Of a stretch of 64,000 nt of DNA, positions 1 through 9,718 are shown in pieces (within the stretch, counting starts at the first letter, position 1; every line of letters begins with the position of its first letter). This DNA is from an uncultured delta proteobacterium. Lineage in GTDB: Bacteria > Desulfobacterota > Binatia > DP-6. Where the stretch lies: NCBI GenBank assembly GCA_963815115.1, contig CAWFFN010000005.1:544001-608000 (forward strand), written 5' to 3'. The notes under the pieces were generated by a model. That model ran no database searches. It had not been told where the DNA came from and saw only the letters and a program-made list of their open reading frames with translations. Both the position numbers and the translations under genes were made by a program.

Positions 1-313
1 CGGCTTGCTCCACGAGGGCGACGGGGTTGCTCAGGAAGGCGTTGTGCACGAGCACGTCGATGCGCCCGAACTCGGCTCGCGCCGCGTCCGCCAGGCCCTG
101 GCAATCGCCGGGCCGCGACAGGTCGGTGGTGACCGCGAGCGCGCGCCGGCCGCCGGCGCGCACGGCGGACGCCACGTCTTCCAGCGCAGCCGCGGTCCGC
201 GCCGCCAGGACGACGTGGGCTCCCTCGCGGGCGCACGCCAGCGCGATCTCCCGGCCGAGCCCGGGCCCGATGCCGGAGACGACGGCAACCCGATCGGCGA
301 GCAGCGCGCTCAT
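1..313 (-). CDS. SDR family oxidoreductase (3' end outside window)
   Basis: ATG at 313 overlaps the TGA of the upstream gene; translates MSALLADRVAVVSGIGPGLGREIALACAREGAHVVLAART...GRIDVLVHNAF (Rossmann GxxxGxG, NAG-like motif). Confidence 0.85.
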   Translation of the reverse strand, partial: MSALLADRVAVVSGIGPGLGREIALACAREGAHVVLAARTAAALEDVASAVRAGGRRALAVTTDLSRPGDCQGLADAARAEFGRIDVLVHNAFLSNPVALVEQA

Positions 314-1269
314 GATCCCAGGTGCGGCGCCACCTCGGCGGCAAAGCCGTCGATCTGGTCGATCAGCTCGTCGCACGAGCGCGTCCGGAAGCGGACGCCG
401 CAGTGTGTGACGCCCATGCCGCGGAGCTCCAGGAGCGAGGCGGCGATGGCGTCGCCCGAGCCGGATCGGGAGTTCGGTCCGAGCTCGAAGGTGGGATTGC
501 CCAGGTAGAGCCATTCGCTGTTCGCGCCGATCTCGATGGGCACGCCGTCGCCACGGATCCGCCGGCGGTGCTCGCGAATGGCCGCGATCTGTCCCGGCAG
601 CTGGTCGCGGACGGTACCCTGCGGAAGCCAGCCGTCCCCCCGCGCGGCGGCCCGCCGCAGCGCCGCAGGCGTGTTGCCCCCGATCCAGATCGGCGGGCGC
701 GGACGCTGCACCGGCCGCGGCCGGAGCCCGACGTCGCGCACGTGCCACACGGGACCGTCGTGCTGCGGGAACTCGTCGCGGAACGCCGCGGCGACGACGT
801 CGATCGCGTCGTCGAGCAGCGTTCCGCGGCGGGCGAAATCGATCCCGAGGGCGGTGAACTCGCCCTCGAGGTGGCCGGCGCCGACCCCGAGGATCACCCG
901 GCCTCCCGAGAGCGCGTCGAGCGTCGCGAACGCCTTCGCGGTCTGCAGCGGATGGCGATAGGCGGCGACGTAGACGTAGGACAGGAGACGCACCGAGCGG
1001 GTGGCGGCTGCGAGCCAGCCGAGCGTGGCGACGGGGTCGTACCACACCGTCGACATGGCCGCTGCACGCTCCCGGGGAATGCAGACGTGATCGCACACGG
1101 CGACGTAGAAGAAGCCGGCCCGGTCGCACGCCTGGGCCACGCGCAGCAGCTCCTCGGGACCGGCCGCCGCCTCCCACGGCGCGGCGAACACGGTGCTCTG
1201 GGCCGCGACCGGGAGCTGCATGCCGACCGCCAGCATCCCCGGCGGCACGATGCAGACGACGTCCGTCAC
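310..1269 (-). CDS. LLM-class (putative F420-dependent) oxidoreductase
   Basis: CDHV, YDPVATLGWLAAAT, DALSGGRVILGVGAG, PRPVQRPRPPIWIGG motifs. Confidence 0.88.
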   Translation of the reverse strand: MTDVVCIVPPGMLAVGMQLPVAAQSTVFAAPWEAAAGPEELLRVAQACDRAGFFYVAVCDHVCIPRERAAAMSTVWYDPVATLGWLAAATRSVRLLSYVYVAAYRHPLQTAKAFATLDALSGGRVILGVGAGHLEGEFTALGIDFARRGTLLDDAIDVVAAAFRDEFPQHDGPVWHVRDVGLRPRPVQRPRPPIWIGGNTPAALRRAAARGDGWLPQGTVRDQLPGQIAAIREHRRRIRGDGVPIEIGANSEWLYLGNPTFELGPNSRSGSGDAIAASLLELRGMGVTHCGVRFRTRSCDELIDQIDGFAAEVAPHLGS

Positions 1270-2411
1270 CGGCCGTTCCTCTCGTCCTCGCGCAGGGCGG
1301 CTTCACGCATGCGGACGGTGCGGTGGACGGGATCGTGGTCGAAGCGCGGGATCACCTCGCGGCCGAACAGCCCGACCGATTCGAGCGCGACGCTCTGCGG
1401 CTGCGTCGAGGCGAGCACGCCGAAGATGAGCTGGTCGCAGCCGATGTCGGCGTACTGCTGGACGGCGCGGGCGCACTCGTCGGGGTCGCCGACCACGCGC
1501 TGACCGTCGCGGATGCGCGCCTCGAGCTGCTCCGCCGTGGGCTCGGGGATCAGCTGGGGCCACGGCGGCACGCCCGCCGGCCGCGGGAAGGTGTCGAGGT
1601 ACCGGAAGACGAGGCTGGTGTGATAGCCGCTCCCCATGGCGAGGGCGACGTCGCGCGCCGCACGGCCGTCCTCCAGGCAGACCAGCGCGGTGACGCAGGC
1701 GACGTTGTCGTTCACGTAGTCGCCGATCGGCTCGGCGTGACGGATGGCGCGCTTGTACGTCTCGATGAGGGGCGCGAAGTCGCTCGGAGAGCCGAGGCTG
1801 AAGCAGAGTGCCCCGAGTCCGAGACGGCCCGCCTTCTCGAAGGTGGACGGGCTGCCGCAGGCGACCCAGATGGGCGGGTGCGGCTTGGTGTAGGGCTTGG
1901 GCAGCACCGTGCGCTCGGGCATCGAGAAGAAGCGGCCCTGATACGCGTAGCGCTCCTCCTTCCACATGCGCAGGATCTGCGGGAGCGCCTCGTCGTACAT
2001 GGCCCGCGTCGTGTCGCCGTCGGGGATGCCGAAGCCCTTGAACTCCGTCGACGACGAGCCGCGGCCGGTCCCGAACTCGAAGCGCCCCTCGCTCAGATGA
2101 TCCAGCATCGCCACGCGCTCGGCGATGCGGGCCGGATGGTTCACCGGCGGCGTGAGGTTGTAGATCGCCGAGCCCACGTGGATGCGCTTCGTCCGGGCGG
2201 CGATGTACGGCAGCATGATCTCGGACGCCGAGAGGTGGGAGTACTCCTCGAGGAAGTGATGCTCGACCGACCAGACGTACTTCCAGCCCGACCGGTCGCA
2301 CGCCTCCGCCAGCTCGAGCTCGCGCATCAAGCGGCTGTGCTCGGCGCCCGCCGGGTCGGCAGCGACCTCGTGCTGCGGGACGTGGGCCTGGACGAAGAGA
2401 CCGAATTCCAT
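1266..2411 (-). CDS. LLM-class flavin-dependent oxidoreductase (luciferase-like)
   Basis: Likely start MEFGLF at 2411; EHHF, RIAERVAMLDHLSEGRFEFGTGRG, PKPYTKPHPPIW. Confidence 0.88.
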   Translation of the reverse strand: MEFGLFVQAHVPQHEVAADPAGAEHSRLMRELELAEACDRSGWKYVWSVEHHFLEEYSHLSASEIMLPYIAARTKRIHVGSAIYNLTPPVNHPARIAERVAMLDHLSEGRFEFGTGRGSSSTEFKGFGIPDGDTTRAMYDEALPQILRMWKEERYAYQGRFFSMPERTVLPKPYTKPHPPIWVACGSPSTFEKAGRLGLGALCFSLGSPSDFAPLIETYKRAIRHAEPIGDYVNDNVACVTALVCLEDGRAARDVALAMGSGYHTSLVFRYLDTFPRPAGVPPWPQLIPEPTAEQLEARIRDGQRVVGDPDECARAVQQYADIGCDQLIFGVLASTQPQSVALESVGLFGREVIPRFDHDPVHRTVRMREAALREDERNGR

Positions 2412-2494
2412 GTGACCCGGGGCGTGTAGCAACTCGCGTGGAGGCCTGACAAGCCGCGGCGGGTCACCACGGGCGACGCTCGGGTCTCGTCGGC

Positions 2495-2947
2495 TCAGGA
2501 ACCCGCGCCGCCCGCCGGCGGCCGCGCGAGACGCTTGCGCATGTAGTAGTGCGTGTGGCCGCTCGGGTAGTCGTCCAGGGCGCCGAACACCTCGTACCCG
2601 CGAGGCTGGTAGAATCGCGGGCCCGCCTGGAAGCTGAAGGTGTCCAGGTGCGCGTCCGTGCAGCCGTACTCGCGCGCGTAGCTCTCGGCGGCCTCGAGGA
2701 GCCTCCCGCCCCAGCCCTGTTGCCGGCAATCCTCGTCCACCCAGAGGAACTTGACGTGCAGCCACGCGGCCCAGATGTCACCCAGCACGCCGCCGCGGAT
2801 CTGGCCGTGCTCGTCGCGCAGGAAGATCGCGACCGGGCACCAGTCGTTGCGGCCCGTCACGACGATGTTCCAGCGGTCGAGCCGGTCGCGCAGCGCCTGC
2901 TGCTCGGCTTCCGCCGGTTGCTCGTCGCGAACCAGGCGAAGCGTCAT
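2495..2947 (-). CDS. GNAT family N-acetyltransferase
   Basis: LWVDEDCRQQGWGGRLL acetyl-CoA motif; LDTFSFQA..FY..GY. Confidence 0.85.
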   Translation of the reverse strand: MTLRLVRDEQPAEAEQQALRDRLDRWNIVVTGRNDWCPVAIFLRDEHGQIRGGVLGDIWAAWLHVKFLWVDEDCRQQGWGGRLLEAAESYAREYGCTDAHLDTFSFQAGPRFYQPRGYEVFGALDDYPSGHTHYYMRKRLARPPAGGAGS

Positions 2948-3981
2948 GCGACCACCGCCGCCCGCCGGCGCGCCAGCTCGACGATCGCGAGCAGGCGCTG
3001 GCAGAGTGGCTCGTTGGCGGCGTGCAGCACGCTCGTGCGCCCCGCAGCGAGGCGACGCTCCGCGAGCAGGTGGCCCTCGAAGTCGACGGAGACGCCGCCC
3101 GCCCCCGCGATCAGCGGGATCGACGGGATCAGGTTGGGCACGTTCTCGTTCACCACCAGATAGCCGCCGCCCTGCGACTCGAGCCAGACGGGTGGGTCAC
3201 GCCAGCCGAGCAGCACCCGGCCCAGCGCGCTCAGATTCGCGTACTGCCGGAGCACGTCGAAGGCGCCGCCCTGGTGGCGATCCGTGAGCAAGCGGTAGAG
3301 CTCGATCCCGATCGCCTCGTCGCCCGCCTGCCGCGTGTCGAGGTCGTAGGCCTGGAACACGTCGAGGAAGGCCCAGAGCTGCTCCAGCCGGGTGCTCGTG
3401 GTGGTGAACACCCGGCGCCAGGGTCGTCCGGTCACCTCGAAGGTGGCCGGGCCGTCGGGCGTCGGGCGGGCGACGAGATCCTGCGGGTAGGCGCGCCAGC
3501 GCGTCGGGTTGCCGTCGACGACGACCGCGACGACGAAGTCGCCGAAGCTGAGGTCGCCGAGCTCCCGCTCCGTCGGCTCGGTGAACGCGAAGCCCGCAGC
3601 CCATCCGCCGTCGCAGGCGAGACGCACGCGGTCGTCGAGCCGCTCGCCGAGTCCCGCCACCTTCACCGTGCCGTCGATGGCGTCCATGGACGCCCAGATG
3701 GTCCTCGACCCGCGACCAAGCCGGTGGGTGAGGCCCGTCACCGGATCGACGATCAGCTCGATGGCGCACTCCACGTCGGCAGAGAGCTGCTCGAGGTGAC
3801 CCAGGCCGACCCCTTCGGCCTCGGCGTCGACGTGCCGCGCGCCGTAGCCGCCGTGCGGCTTGAGCAACGGCAAGCGCTCCCGGGCCCGCTCGCGTGGGTC
3901 CATGGCGTGGACGAGCGCGCGGATCTCGCGTCCCGCAGCGAGTGCCGCATCGGCGCACCTGAGGGCGATGGAATCGACCAC
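2944..3981 (-). CDS. Divergent inositol monophosphatase/FIG-superfamily-like protein
   Basis: WASMDAIDGT resembles DPIDGT; D-AEAE and IAGAGGVSVDFEG resemble IMPase segments. Confidence 0.55.
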   Translation of the reverse strand: MVDSIALRCADAALAAGREIRALVHAMDPRERARERLPLLKPHGGYGARHVDAEAEGVGLGHLEQLSADVECAIELIVDPVTGLTHRLGRGSRTIWASMDAIDGTVKVAGLGERLDDRVRLACDGGWAAGFAFTEPTERELGDLSFGDFVVAVVVDGNPTRWRAYPQDLVARPTPDGPATFEVTGRPWRRVFTTTSTRLEQLWAFLDVFQAYDLDTRQAGDEAIGIELYRLLTDRHQGGAFDVLRQYANLSALGRVLLGWRDPPVWLESQGGGYLVVNENVPNLIPSIPLIAGAGGVSVDFEGHLLAERRLAAGRTSVLHAANEPLCQRLLAIVELARRRAAVVA

Positions 3982-4119
3982 GCTGCGCGCGGCGTAGCAT
4001 GGAAGCAGCCGCGATGTCTTGCCCGCAGGCCCCGCGCCCGGAGCGCGCCGAGCGACTCGATGCGTGTGCTGGACGCCGGGCGCGCGGGGACGTAAACGGG
4101 CGCGGGGAAAACGATCCGG

Positions 4120-5304
4120 ATGCCCGCCCAGCCCGTCGACCGACTACGCCAATCTCCCACGGGACCACCCGAGGAACCGACGACGCTGGAGGCCGTGCGA
4201 GCGCTCGCCCCCGAGATCCGCGCGCAGGCGGAGCGCATCGAGCGAGAGCGGCGGCTTCCGGTGGAGCTGGTCCGTACGCTCGCGCGCGCCGGAGTCTTCC
4301 GTCTCTGCGTGCCGCGCGCGCTCGGGGGCGAGGAAGCCGAGCCGGCGACCCTTCTCGGCGTGCTCGAGCAGATCGCCCGCGCCGACGGATCGACCGGCTG
4401 GTGCGCGATGATCGGTGCCACCAGCGGCCTCACCAGCGGCTACCTGCCGGAGGGCGAGGCGCGGCTCATCTACGGCACCTCGCCCGACGTCGTCACCGGC
4501 GGCGTCTTCGCGCCGACCGGATCGGCCGTGCGCGATGACGATACCTACCGCGTCACCGGGCGCTGGCGCTTCGCGAGCGGCTGTCAGCATTGCGATTGGC
4601 TCATGGGCGGGTGCATCGTGCAGGACGGCGGGTCGCCACGTGCCCGCCTGGTCTTCTTCCCCGCACGCGACGCCGAGATCATCGATACCTGGACCGTGTC
4701 GGGCCTACGCGGCACGGGCAGCCACGACATGGCGGTCCGCGACCTGCGGGTGCCGGCCGCGCGCTCGGTGTCGATCACCGACGACCGACCGGTGGCTCCC
4801 GGCCCGCTCTATGCCTTCCCGATCTTCGGTCTGCTCGCCATGGGCATCGCCGCCGTCGCGCTCGGCATCGCCCGCGGCGCGCTCGACGAGATCGAGCAGC
4901 TCGCGACCGCAAAGACGCCGACGGCCGGCCGCAGGCTCCTCGCCGAGCGGCCCACCGTGCAGGCGCAGATCGCCGAGGCCGAGGCGACGGCGGGTGCCGC
5001 GCGCGCGTTCCTGTACGAGGTCGTCGACGAGGCCTGGCACGCCGCGCGTGCGGCCGGCGCCATCCCCGTGCCGGTGCGCGCCCGCGTTCGCCTCGCGGCC
5101 ACGCACGCCACCGCGGCCGCGGCGCGGGCCGTCGACGCCGCCTACACCGCCGGAGGTGGGACCGCCGTGTACGCCGACAGCCCGCTCCAGCGGGCATTCC
5201 GCGACATCCACGTCGTGACCCAGCACATGATGGTGGCGCCGGCGACCTGGGAGCTGGCGGGTCGGGTGCTGCTGGGCCTCGAGACCGATACCGCGATGCT
5301 CTGA
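4120..5304 (+). CDS. Acyl-CoA dehydrogenase-fold flavin-dependent hydroxylase (HsaA/PigA-like)
   Basis: ADGSTGW, VTGRWRFASGC, DTW..SGLRGTGSHD, SPLQRAFRDIH. Confidence 0.85.
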   Translation: MPAQPVDRLRQSPTGPPEEPTTLEAVRALAPEIRAQAERIERERRLPVELVRTLARAGVFRLCVPRALGGEEAEPATLLGVLEQIARADGSTGWCAMIGATSGLTSGYLPEGEARLIYGTSPDVVTGGVFAPTGSAVRDDDTYRVTGRWRFASGCQHCDWLMGGCIVQDGGSPRARLVFFPARDAEIIDTWTVSGLRGTGSHDMAVRDLRVPAARSVSITDDRPVAPGPLYAFPIFGLLAMGIAAVALGIARGALDEIEQLATAKTPTAGRRLLAERPTVQAQIAEAEATAGAARAFLYEVVDEAWHAARAAGAIPVPVRARVRLAATHATAAAARAVDAAYTAGGGTAVYADSPLQRAFRDIHVVTQHMMVAPATWELAGRVLLGLETDTAML

Positions 5305-5307
5305 CGC

Positions 5308-6102
5308 ATGAGCGCCCCCGACTTCACCACCCTCGAGCTCGAGCGGCGCGGCCACGTGCTGCGGGTGACGATCGCGCACCCCACCAGCGCGCTGAACGCC
5401 GTGGACGAGGCATTGCACCGCGACCTGACCGCGCTCTTCGCGTTCCTTCGCCGCGAGGACGACGCTCGCTGCGTCCTCCTGACGGGTCGTGGCCGGGCCT
5501 TCAGCGCGGGCGGCGACTTCGCGTGGTTCCCGGAGCTGCGCGCGCCCGGTCGCATGGAGGCGCTCCGGCGCGACGCCAAGCAGCTCATCGGGGATCTGCT
5601 CGACGTCGAGATTCCCATCGTGGCGGCGCTGAACGGACACGCCATGGGGCTCGGCGCCTCCATCGCCCTGCTGTGCGACGTGATCTTCATGGCCGACACG
5701 GCGACGATCGGCGATCCCCACGTGCGCGTCGGGATCGTCGCCGGCGACGGCGGGGCGGCGATCTGGCCGCTGGCCGTCGGGCCGGCGCGGGCGAAGCAGT
5801 ATCTCTTGACCGGCGACCCGCTCGGGGCGGCGGAGGCGGAGCGCATCGGGCTCGTCAACCGGGTCGTCCCCGCCGCCGACCTCGAGCGCGAGGCGATGGC
5901 ATTTGCCGAGCGGCTCGCCGCCGGCGCGCCGCTCGCGGTGCGCTACACCAAGCTGGCGGTGAACAAGCTGGTCAAGGACGCGCTCAACGTCGCGTTCGAC
6001 GCCTCGACGGCGCTCGAGCTGGTGACGTTCCAGAGCGAGGACCACCAGGAGGCGCTGGCGGCGCTGCGCGAGAAGCGCGCGCCGTCGTTCAAGGGGCGAT
6101 GA
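5308..6102 (+). CDS. Enoyl-CoA hydratase/isomerase family protein
   Basis: GRAFSAGGD, AALNGHAMGLG, AERIGLVNRVVP, EKRAPSFKGR. Confidence 0.9.
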   Translation: MSAPDFTTLELERRGHVLRVTIAHPTSALNAVDEALHRDLTALFAFLRREDDARCVLLTGRGRAFSAGGDFAWFPELRAPGRMEALRRDAKQLIGDLLDVEIPIVAALNGHAMGLGASIALLCDVIFMADTATIGDPHVRVGIVAGDGGAAIWPLAVGPARAKQYLLTGDPLGAAEAERIGLVNRVVPAADLEREAMAFAERLAAGAPLAVRYTKLAVNKLVKDALNVAFDASTALELVTFQSEDHQEALAALREKRAPSFKGR

Positions 6103-6141
6103 CTGGTGACCGGCGACCGACCGGACGGAAGGAGTGACCAT

Positions 6142-6438
6142 ATGACCGTCGTTGCGAAGCTCAAGGTGAAGGCAGGCCAGGAGGACGCGCTGATCGCGGG
6201 CATGCGGAAGATGATCGCGCACGTGAAGGCAAACGAGCCCGACACCCGGACCTACGTGCTCTACCGCTCCGCGAAGGATGCGACGCAGTTCCTGGTCTAC
6301 GAGGTGTACGCCGACCAGGCGGCGTTCGCGCTCCATGGCGGCAGCGAGGCGATGCGCGAGTTCTTCACGCTGGCGGGCAGCCTGCTCGACGGCCGGCCGG
6401 AGATCGAGATGTACGAGGAGGTCGACGGAAAGCACTGA
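6142..6438 (+). CDS. Antibiotic biosynthesis monooxygenase (ABM) family protein
   Basis: RBS GAAGGAG; MTVVAKLKVKAG...EPDTRTY...FLVYEVYADQAAFALH. Confidence 0.8.
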   Translation: MTVVAKLKVKAGQEDALIAGMRKMIAHVKANEPDTRTYVLYRSAKDATQFLVYEVYADQAAFALHGGSEAMREFFTLAGSLLDGRPEIEMYEEVDGKH

Positions 6439-6441
6439 GCG

Positions 6442-7224
6442 ATGGGCCGGCTCGAAGGGAAGGTCGCCATCGTCACCGGCGCGGCGTCCGGAAACGGGCG
6501 CGGGATGGCGGTCCGCTTCGCGGAGGAGGGCGCGGACGTCGTGGTGGCGGACGTCGACGCCGCGGGCGCGGAGGAGACGGCTCGCCAGGTCGAGGCGCGG
6601 GGCCGGCGAGGGCTCGCGTGGCGCTGCGATGTATCGCGCAAGCCCGACATCGACGCGCTGGTGGCGGTCGCCGTCGAACGCCTCGGCGGTGTCGACGTCG
6701 CCGTCGCGAATGCCGGCGTCGTCGAGAGCGACACCGACTGTCTCCGCCTCACCGAGGCGCAGTGGCAGCGGACCATCGGCGTCAACCTGACGGGGGTGTT
6801 CTTCACCCTCCAGGCGGCCGCGAACCGCATGGTCGCACAGGGCGGAGGCGGGCGCCTGATCGCTATCTCGAGCATCATGGCCGAGTGGGGCGCCCCGGGC
6901 ACGCCGGCCTACGCGGCGAGCAAGGCCGGTGTCCGGCAGCTCGTGCGCTCGTTTGCGATGGCCTGCGGCCATCACGGCATCACCTGCAACGGCATCGCGC
7001 CGGGGTTCATCGAGACTGCGATGACCGACCGCTACCGCGCGGTGCCGGGCCTCCTCGACGCCTTCGTCGCCCGCACGCCGGCCGGCCGCATCGGGCAGCC
7101 CGAGGACATCGCCGGCCTCGCGGCGTACCTCGCCAGCGACGAGGCGGCCTTCGTCACCGGCACCCTCGTGGTCGTGGACGGCGGCATCACGGCGGGGATG
7201 TACGGCGCGGCGCCGGGGCGGTGA
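6442..7224 (+). CDS. SDR family oxidoreductase
   Basis: TGAASGNG, NAG, YAASK, VDGG. Confidence 0.9.
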   Translation: MGRLEGKVAIVTGAASGNGRGMAVRFAEEGADVVVADVDAAGAEETARQVEARGRRGLAWRCDVSRKPDIDALVAVAVERLGGVDVAVANAGVVESDTDCLRLTEAQWQRTIGVNLTGVFFTLQAAANRMVAQGGGGRLIAISSIMAEWGAPGTPAYAASKAGVRQLVRSFAMACGHHGITCNGIAPGFIETAMTDRYRAVPGLLDAFVARTPAGRIGQPEDIAGLAAYLASDEAAFVTGTLVVVDGGITAGMYGAAPGR

Positions 7225-7264
7225 TCCGGCCGGCCCGTGGAAGAACCGGCACCGATGGGCCGGA

Positions 7265-7293
7265 TTCGCATTTACATCGTGATACGATACAAT
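7265..7293 (+). promoter_or_regulatory. Sigma70-like promoter with overlapping palindromic operator for the marR-clc operon
   Basis: TTCGCA-N17-TACAAT in an AT-rich patch; inverted repeat ATCGT-gat-ACGAT at 7276-7288; ATG 8 nt after the -10 box with no RBS (possibly leaderless). Confidence 0.55.
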
Positions 7294-7300
7294 ACACGCC

Positions 7301-7750
7301 ATGCCCATCGCTGCTCGTCCATCTGCGCCCAACTATCGTGCGCTGGCGGATTTTCGCTACCAGCTGCGTCGCTTCCTCAGCTTCAGCAACCAGGCGGCGC
7401 GCGACGCGGGTCTGGAGCCGCAGCAGCACCAGCTGTTGCTCGCGGTCAAGGGGATGCCGGAGGACGTCGAGGCCACGGTGGGAACGCTCGCCGAACGGCT
7501 GCAGGTCCGGCACCACAGCACGGTGGAGCTCGTGGACCGGATGGAGGGCCGGGGACTCGTGCGGCGGCTCCGCAGCGCCGACGACCGGCGACGGGTCGTG
7601 GTCTCCCTCACTGCCCGCGGCGAGACGGTGCTCGCCCGGCTGTCCGCGGCACACCGCGCCGAGATGCGGTCGATCGGGCCGCGGCTCCGCGGCGCGCTCG
7701 ACGCCATCATCACCGATGCGAAGGGCCTCCATGCCGTCGCGAGTCGATGA
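7301..7750 (+). CDS. MarR family transcriptional regulator
   Basis: GLEPQQHQLLL, LAERLQVRHHSTVELVDRME, DDRRRVVVSLTARG. Confidence 0.88.
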   Translation: MPIAARPSAPNYRALADFRYQLRRFLSFSNQAARDAGLEPQQHQLLLAVKGMPEDVEATVGTLAERLQVRHHSTVELVDRMEGRGLVRRLRSADDRRRVVVSLTARGETVLARLSAAHRAEMRSIGPRLRGALDAIITDAKGLHAVASR

Positions 7751-7778
7751 CGGCAGGCGAGCGAAGGGCGACGACGCC

Positions 7779-9674
7779 ATGACGACGGAGGCGCACGCTG
7801 CACCGGACACGCTCTGGCAGCGGCTGCGGCACCGGCTTCACGAGCTCGAGCACGACGCCTCGGGCGACCTCGGCGACTTCACCACGACGTGGCGGCTGGT
7901 GCCGATCTCGCTCGCGGCCATCGTCATCGGGCTCCTCTCCGCCTACGTCGCCCTCGCACTGCTGAAGCTCATCGGCCTGTTCACGAATCTCTTCTTCTTT
8001 CAGCGCTGGGACTTCGCGCTCGTGTCGCCGGCCGGGAACCAGCTCGGGGTGCTGGTGGTGCTCGTTCCGGTCGCCGGCGCGCTGCTCATCGGGCTGATGG
8101 CGCGCTACGGCTCCGAGCGCATCCGCGGCCACGGCATTCCGGAAGCGCTCGAGTCCATCCTGATCAACGGCAGCAGGGTGGAGCCGCGCCTCGCCGTGCT
8201 CAAGCCGCTCTCCGCCGCCATCTCGATCGGCAGCGGCGGCCCGTTCGGCGCCGAAGGCCCGATCATCATGACGGGCGGAGCCTTCGGCTCGATGCTGGCG
8301 CAGCTCTTCAAGCTGACGAGCAGCGAGCGCAAGACGCTGCTCGTGGCGGGCGCGGCCGGAGGGATGTCGGCCACGTTCGCCTCGCCGGTCGCCGCGGTGC
8401 TGCTCGCCGTCGAGCTGCTGCTCTTCGAGTGGAAGCCGCGCAGCATGATCCCGGTCGCGCTGGCGAGCGCGACGGCGGCGGCAGCGCGTCGCTACGTGAT
8501 CGGCCTCGGGCCGCTCTTCCCGGTGCCGCCGCACCCGGTCTTCATCGGATCCGGCGGGCTGCTCGGCTGCGTGGTCGTCGGTCTCTCCGCCGGGGCGTTG
8601 TCGGCACTTCTCACGCTGGCGGTCTACGCCGCCGAGGATGCCTTCAAGCGCCTGCCGATCCACTGGATGTGGTGGCCGGCGATCGGCGGCGTCGTGGTGG
8701 GTCTCGGCGGCCTCGTCTTCCCGGAGGCGCTCGGCGTCGGATACGACACCATCGGCGCGCTCCTGCAGGGCGACGTGCCGCGTCGCATTCTGCTCGGCGT
8801 CCTCCTGGTCAAGTCGATCATCTGGAGCGTGTCGCTCGGCTCGGGCACGTCGGGCGGCGTCCTGGCCCCGCTGCTGCTCATGGGCGGCGCGCTCGGCGGC
8901 GCCGAGGCGATGGTGCTGCCGGATCTGGGCGCCGGATTCTGGCCGCTGGTCGGCATGGGCGCGATCCTCGGCGGCACGATGCGCTCGCCGTTCACGGGCG
9001 TGATCTTCGCCCTCGAGCTGACCCACGACGTCAACGCGCTCCTCCCGCTGCTCGTGGCCGTGACCCTCGCGCACGCGTTCACCGTGCTCGCGCTGCGCCG
9101 CTCGATCCTCACCGAGAAGGTCAGCCGGCGCGGCTACCACCTGTCGCGCGAGTATGCCATCGACCCCCTGGAGATCCTCTTCGTTCGTGAGGTGATGCGG
9201 CGAAACGTCGTCGTCCTCCCCGCGGATGCACCGATCGACGCCCTGACGGCGGCCGTCCGCGCGGGAGGTCCCCGCCGCAGGCAGCTTCTCTATCCGGTCG
9301 TCGACGGCGGGCACAGGCTGGTCGGCGTGACGACCCGGAACGAGCTCGAGGCGCTGCTCCAGCAGCACCGCACGAGCGGCAGCGCGCGTCCGTTGGCGGA
9401 GGTGGTCAACACGACGCCGAACGTCGCCCATCCCGACGAGCCGCTTCGCGCGGTGGTGTACCGGATGGCCGAGACCGGGCTCACGCGCTTCCCGGTCGTC
9501 GGGCGAACGTCGCGCCGCCTGCTCGGCATGATCGGCCTGTTCGACCTGCTCGAGGCGCGGCTGCGCAATCTCGAGGCCGAGCGCCGGCGCGACCGCGTGC
9601 TCCCGGTCCGGCTCGTTCTCCCGAAGGCACTCGCGCGGCGGCGGGCCGCTTCGGCCACGAGGGAGACCGGGTAG
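7779..9674 (+). CDS. ClC chloride channel/antiporter with C-terminal CBS domains
   Basis: GHGIP, GAEGP, GGVLAP motifs; many TM helices; CBS pair (VREVM...YPVVD...FPVV). Start at ATG 7779 inside the longer listed ORF. Confidence 0.9.
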   Translation: MTTEAHAAPDTLWQRLRHRLHELEHDASGDLGDFTTTWRLVPISLAAIVIGLLSAYVALALLKLIGLFTNLFFFQRWDFALVSPAGNQLGVLVVLVPVAGALLIGLMARYGSERIRGHGIPEALESILINGSRVEPRLAVLKPLSAAISIGSGGPFGAEGPIIMTGGAFGSMLAQLFKLTSSERKTLLVAGAAGGMSATFASPVAAVLLAVELLLFEWKPRSMIPVALASATAAAARRYVIGLGPLFPVPPHPVFIGSGGLLGCVVVGLSAGALSALLTLAVYAAEDAFKRLPIHWMWWPAIGGVVVGLGGLVFPEALGVGYDTIGALLQGDVPRRILLGVLLVKSIIWSVSLGSGTSGGVLAPLLLMGGALGGAEAMVLPDLGAGFWPLVGMGAILGGTMRSPFTGVIFALELTHDVNALLPLLVAVTLAHAFTVLALRRSILTEKVSRRGYHLSREYAIDPLEILFVREVMRRNVVVLPADAPIDALTAAVRAGGPRRRQLLYPVVDGGHRLVGVTTRNELEALLQQHRTSGSARPLAEVVNTTPNVAHPDEPLRAVVYRMAETGLTRFPVVGRTSRRLLGMIGLFDLLEARLRNLEAERRRDRVLPVRLVLPKALARRRAASATRETG

Positions 9675-9718
9675 ATCCTCGCGTCCGAACGGCCGCCGCG
9701 CACGAGCGCCGCCCGGCG

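Noticed and set aside
4705-7332. 875-aa minus-strand ORF (likewise 7710-10664, 17290-20553, 18231-21389, 49303-51531)
   Set aside because: Antisense or off-frame shadows of well-supported genes; long stop-free frames are expected at this GC content
7779-9674. Fluoride-specific CLC-F with a fluoride riboswitch
   Set aside because: Lacks the GNNLI/GREGT signatures; no riboswitch consensus recognised upstream
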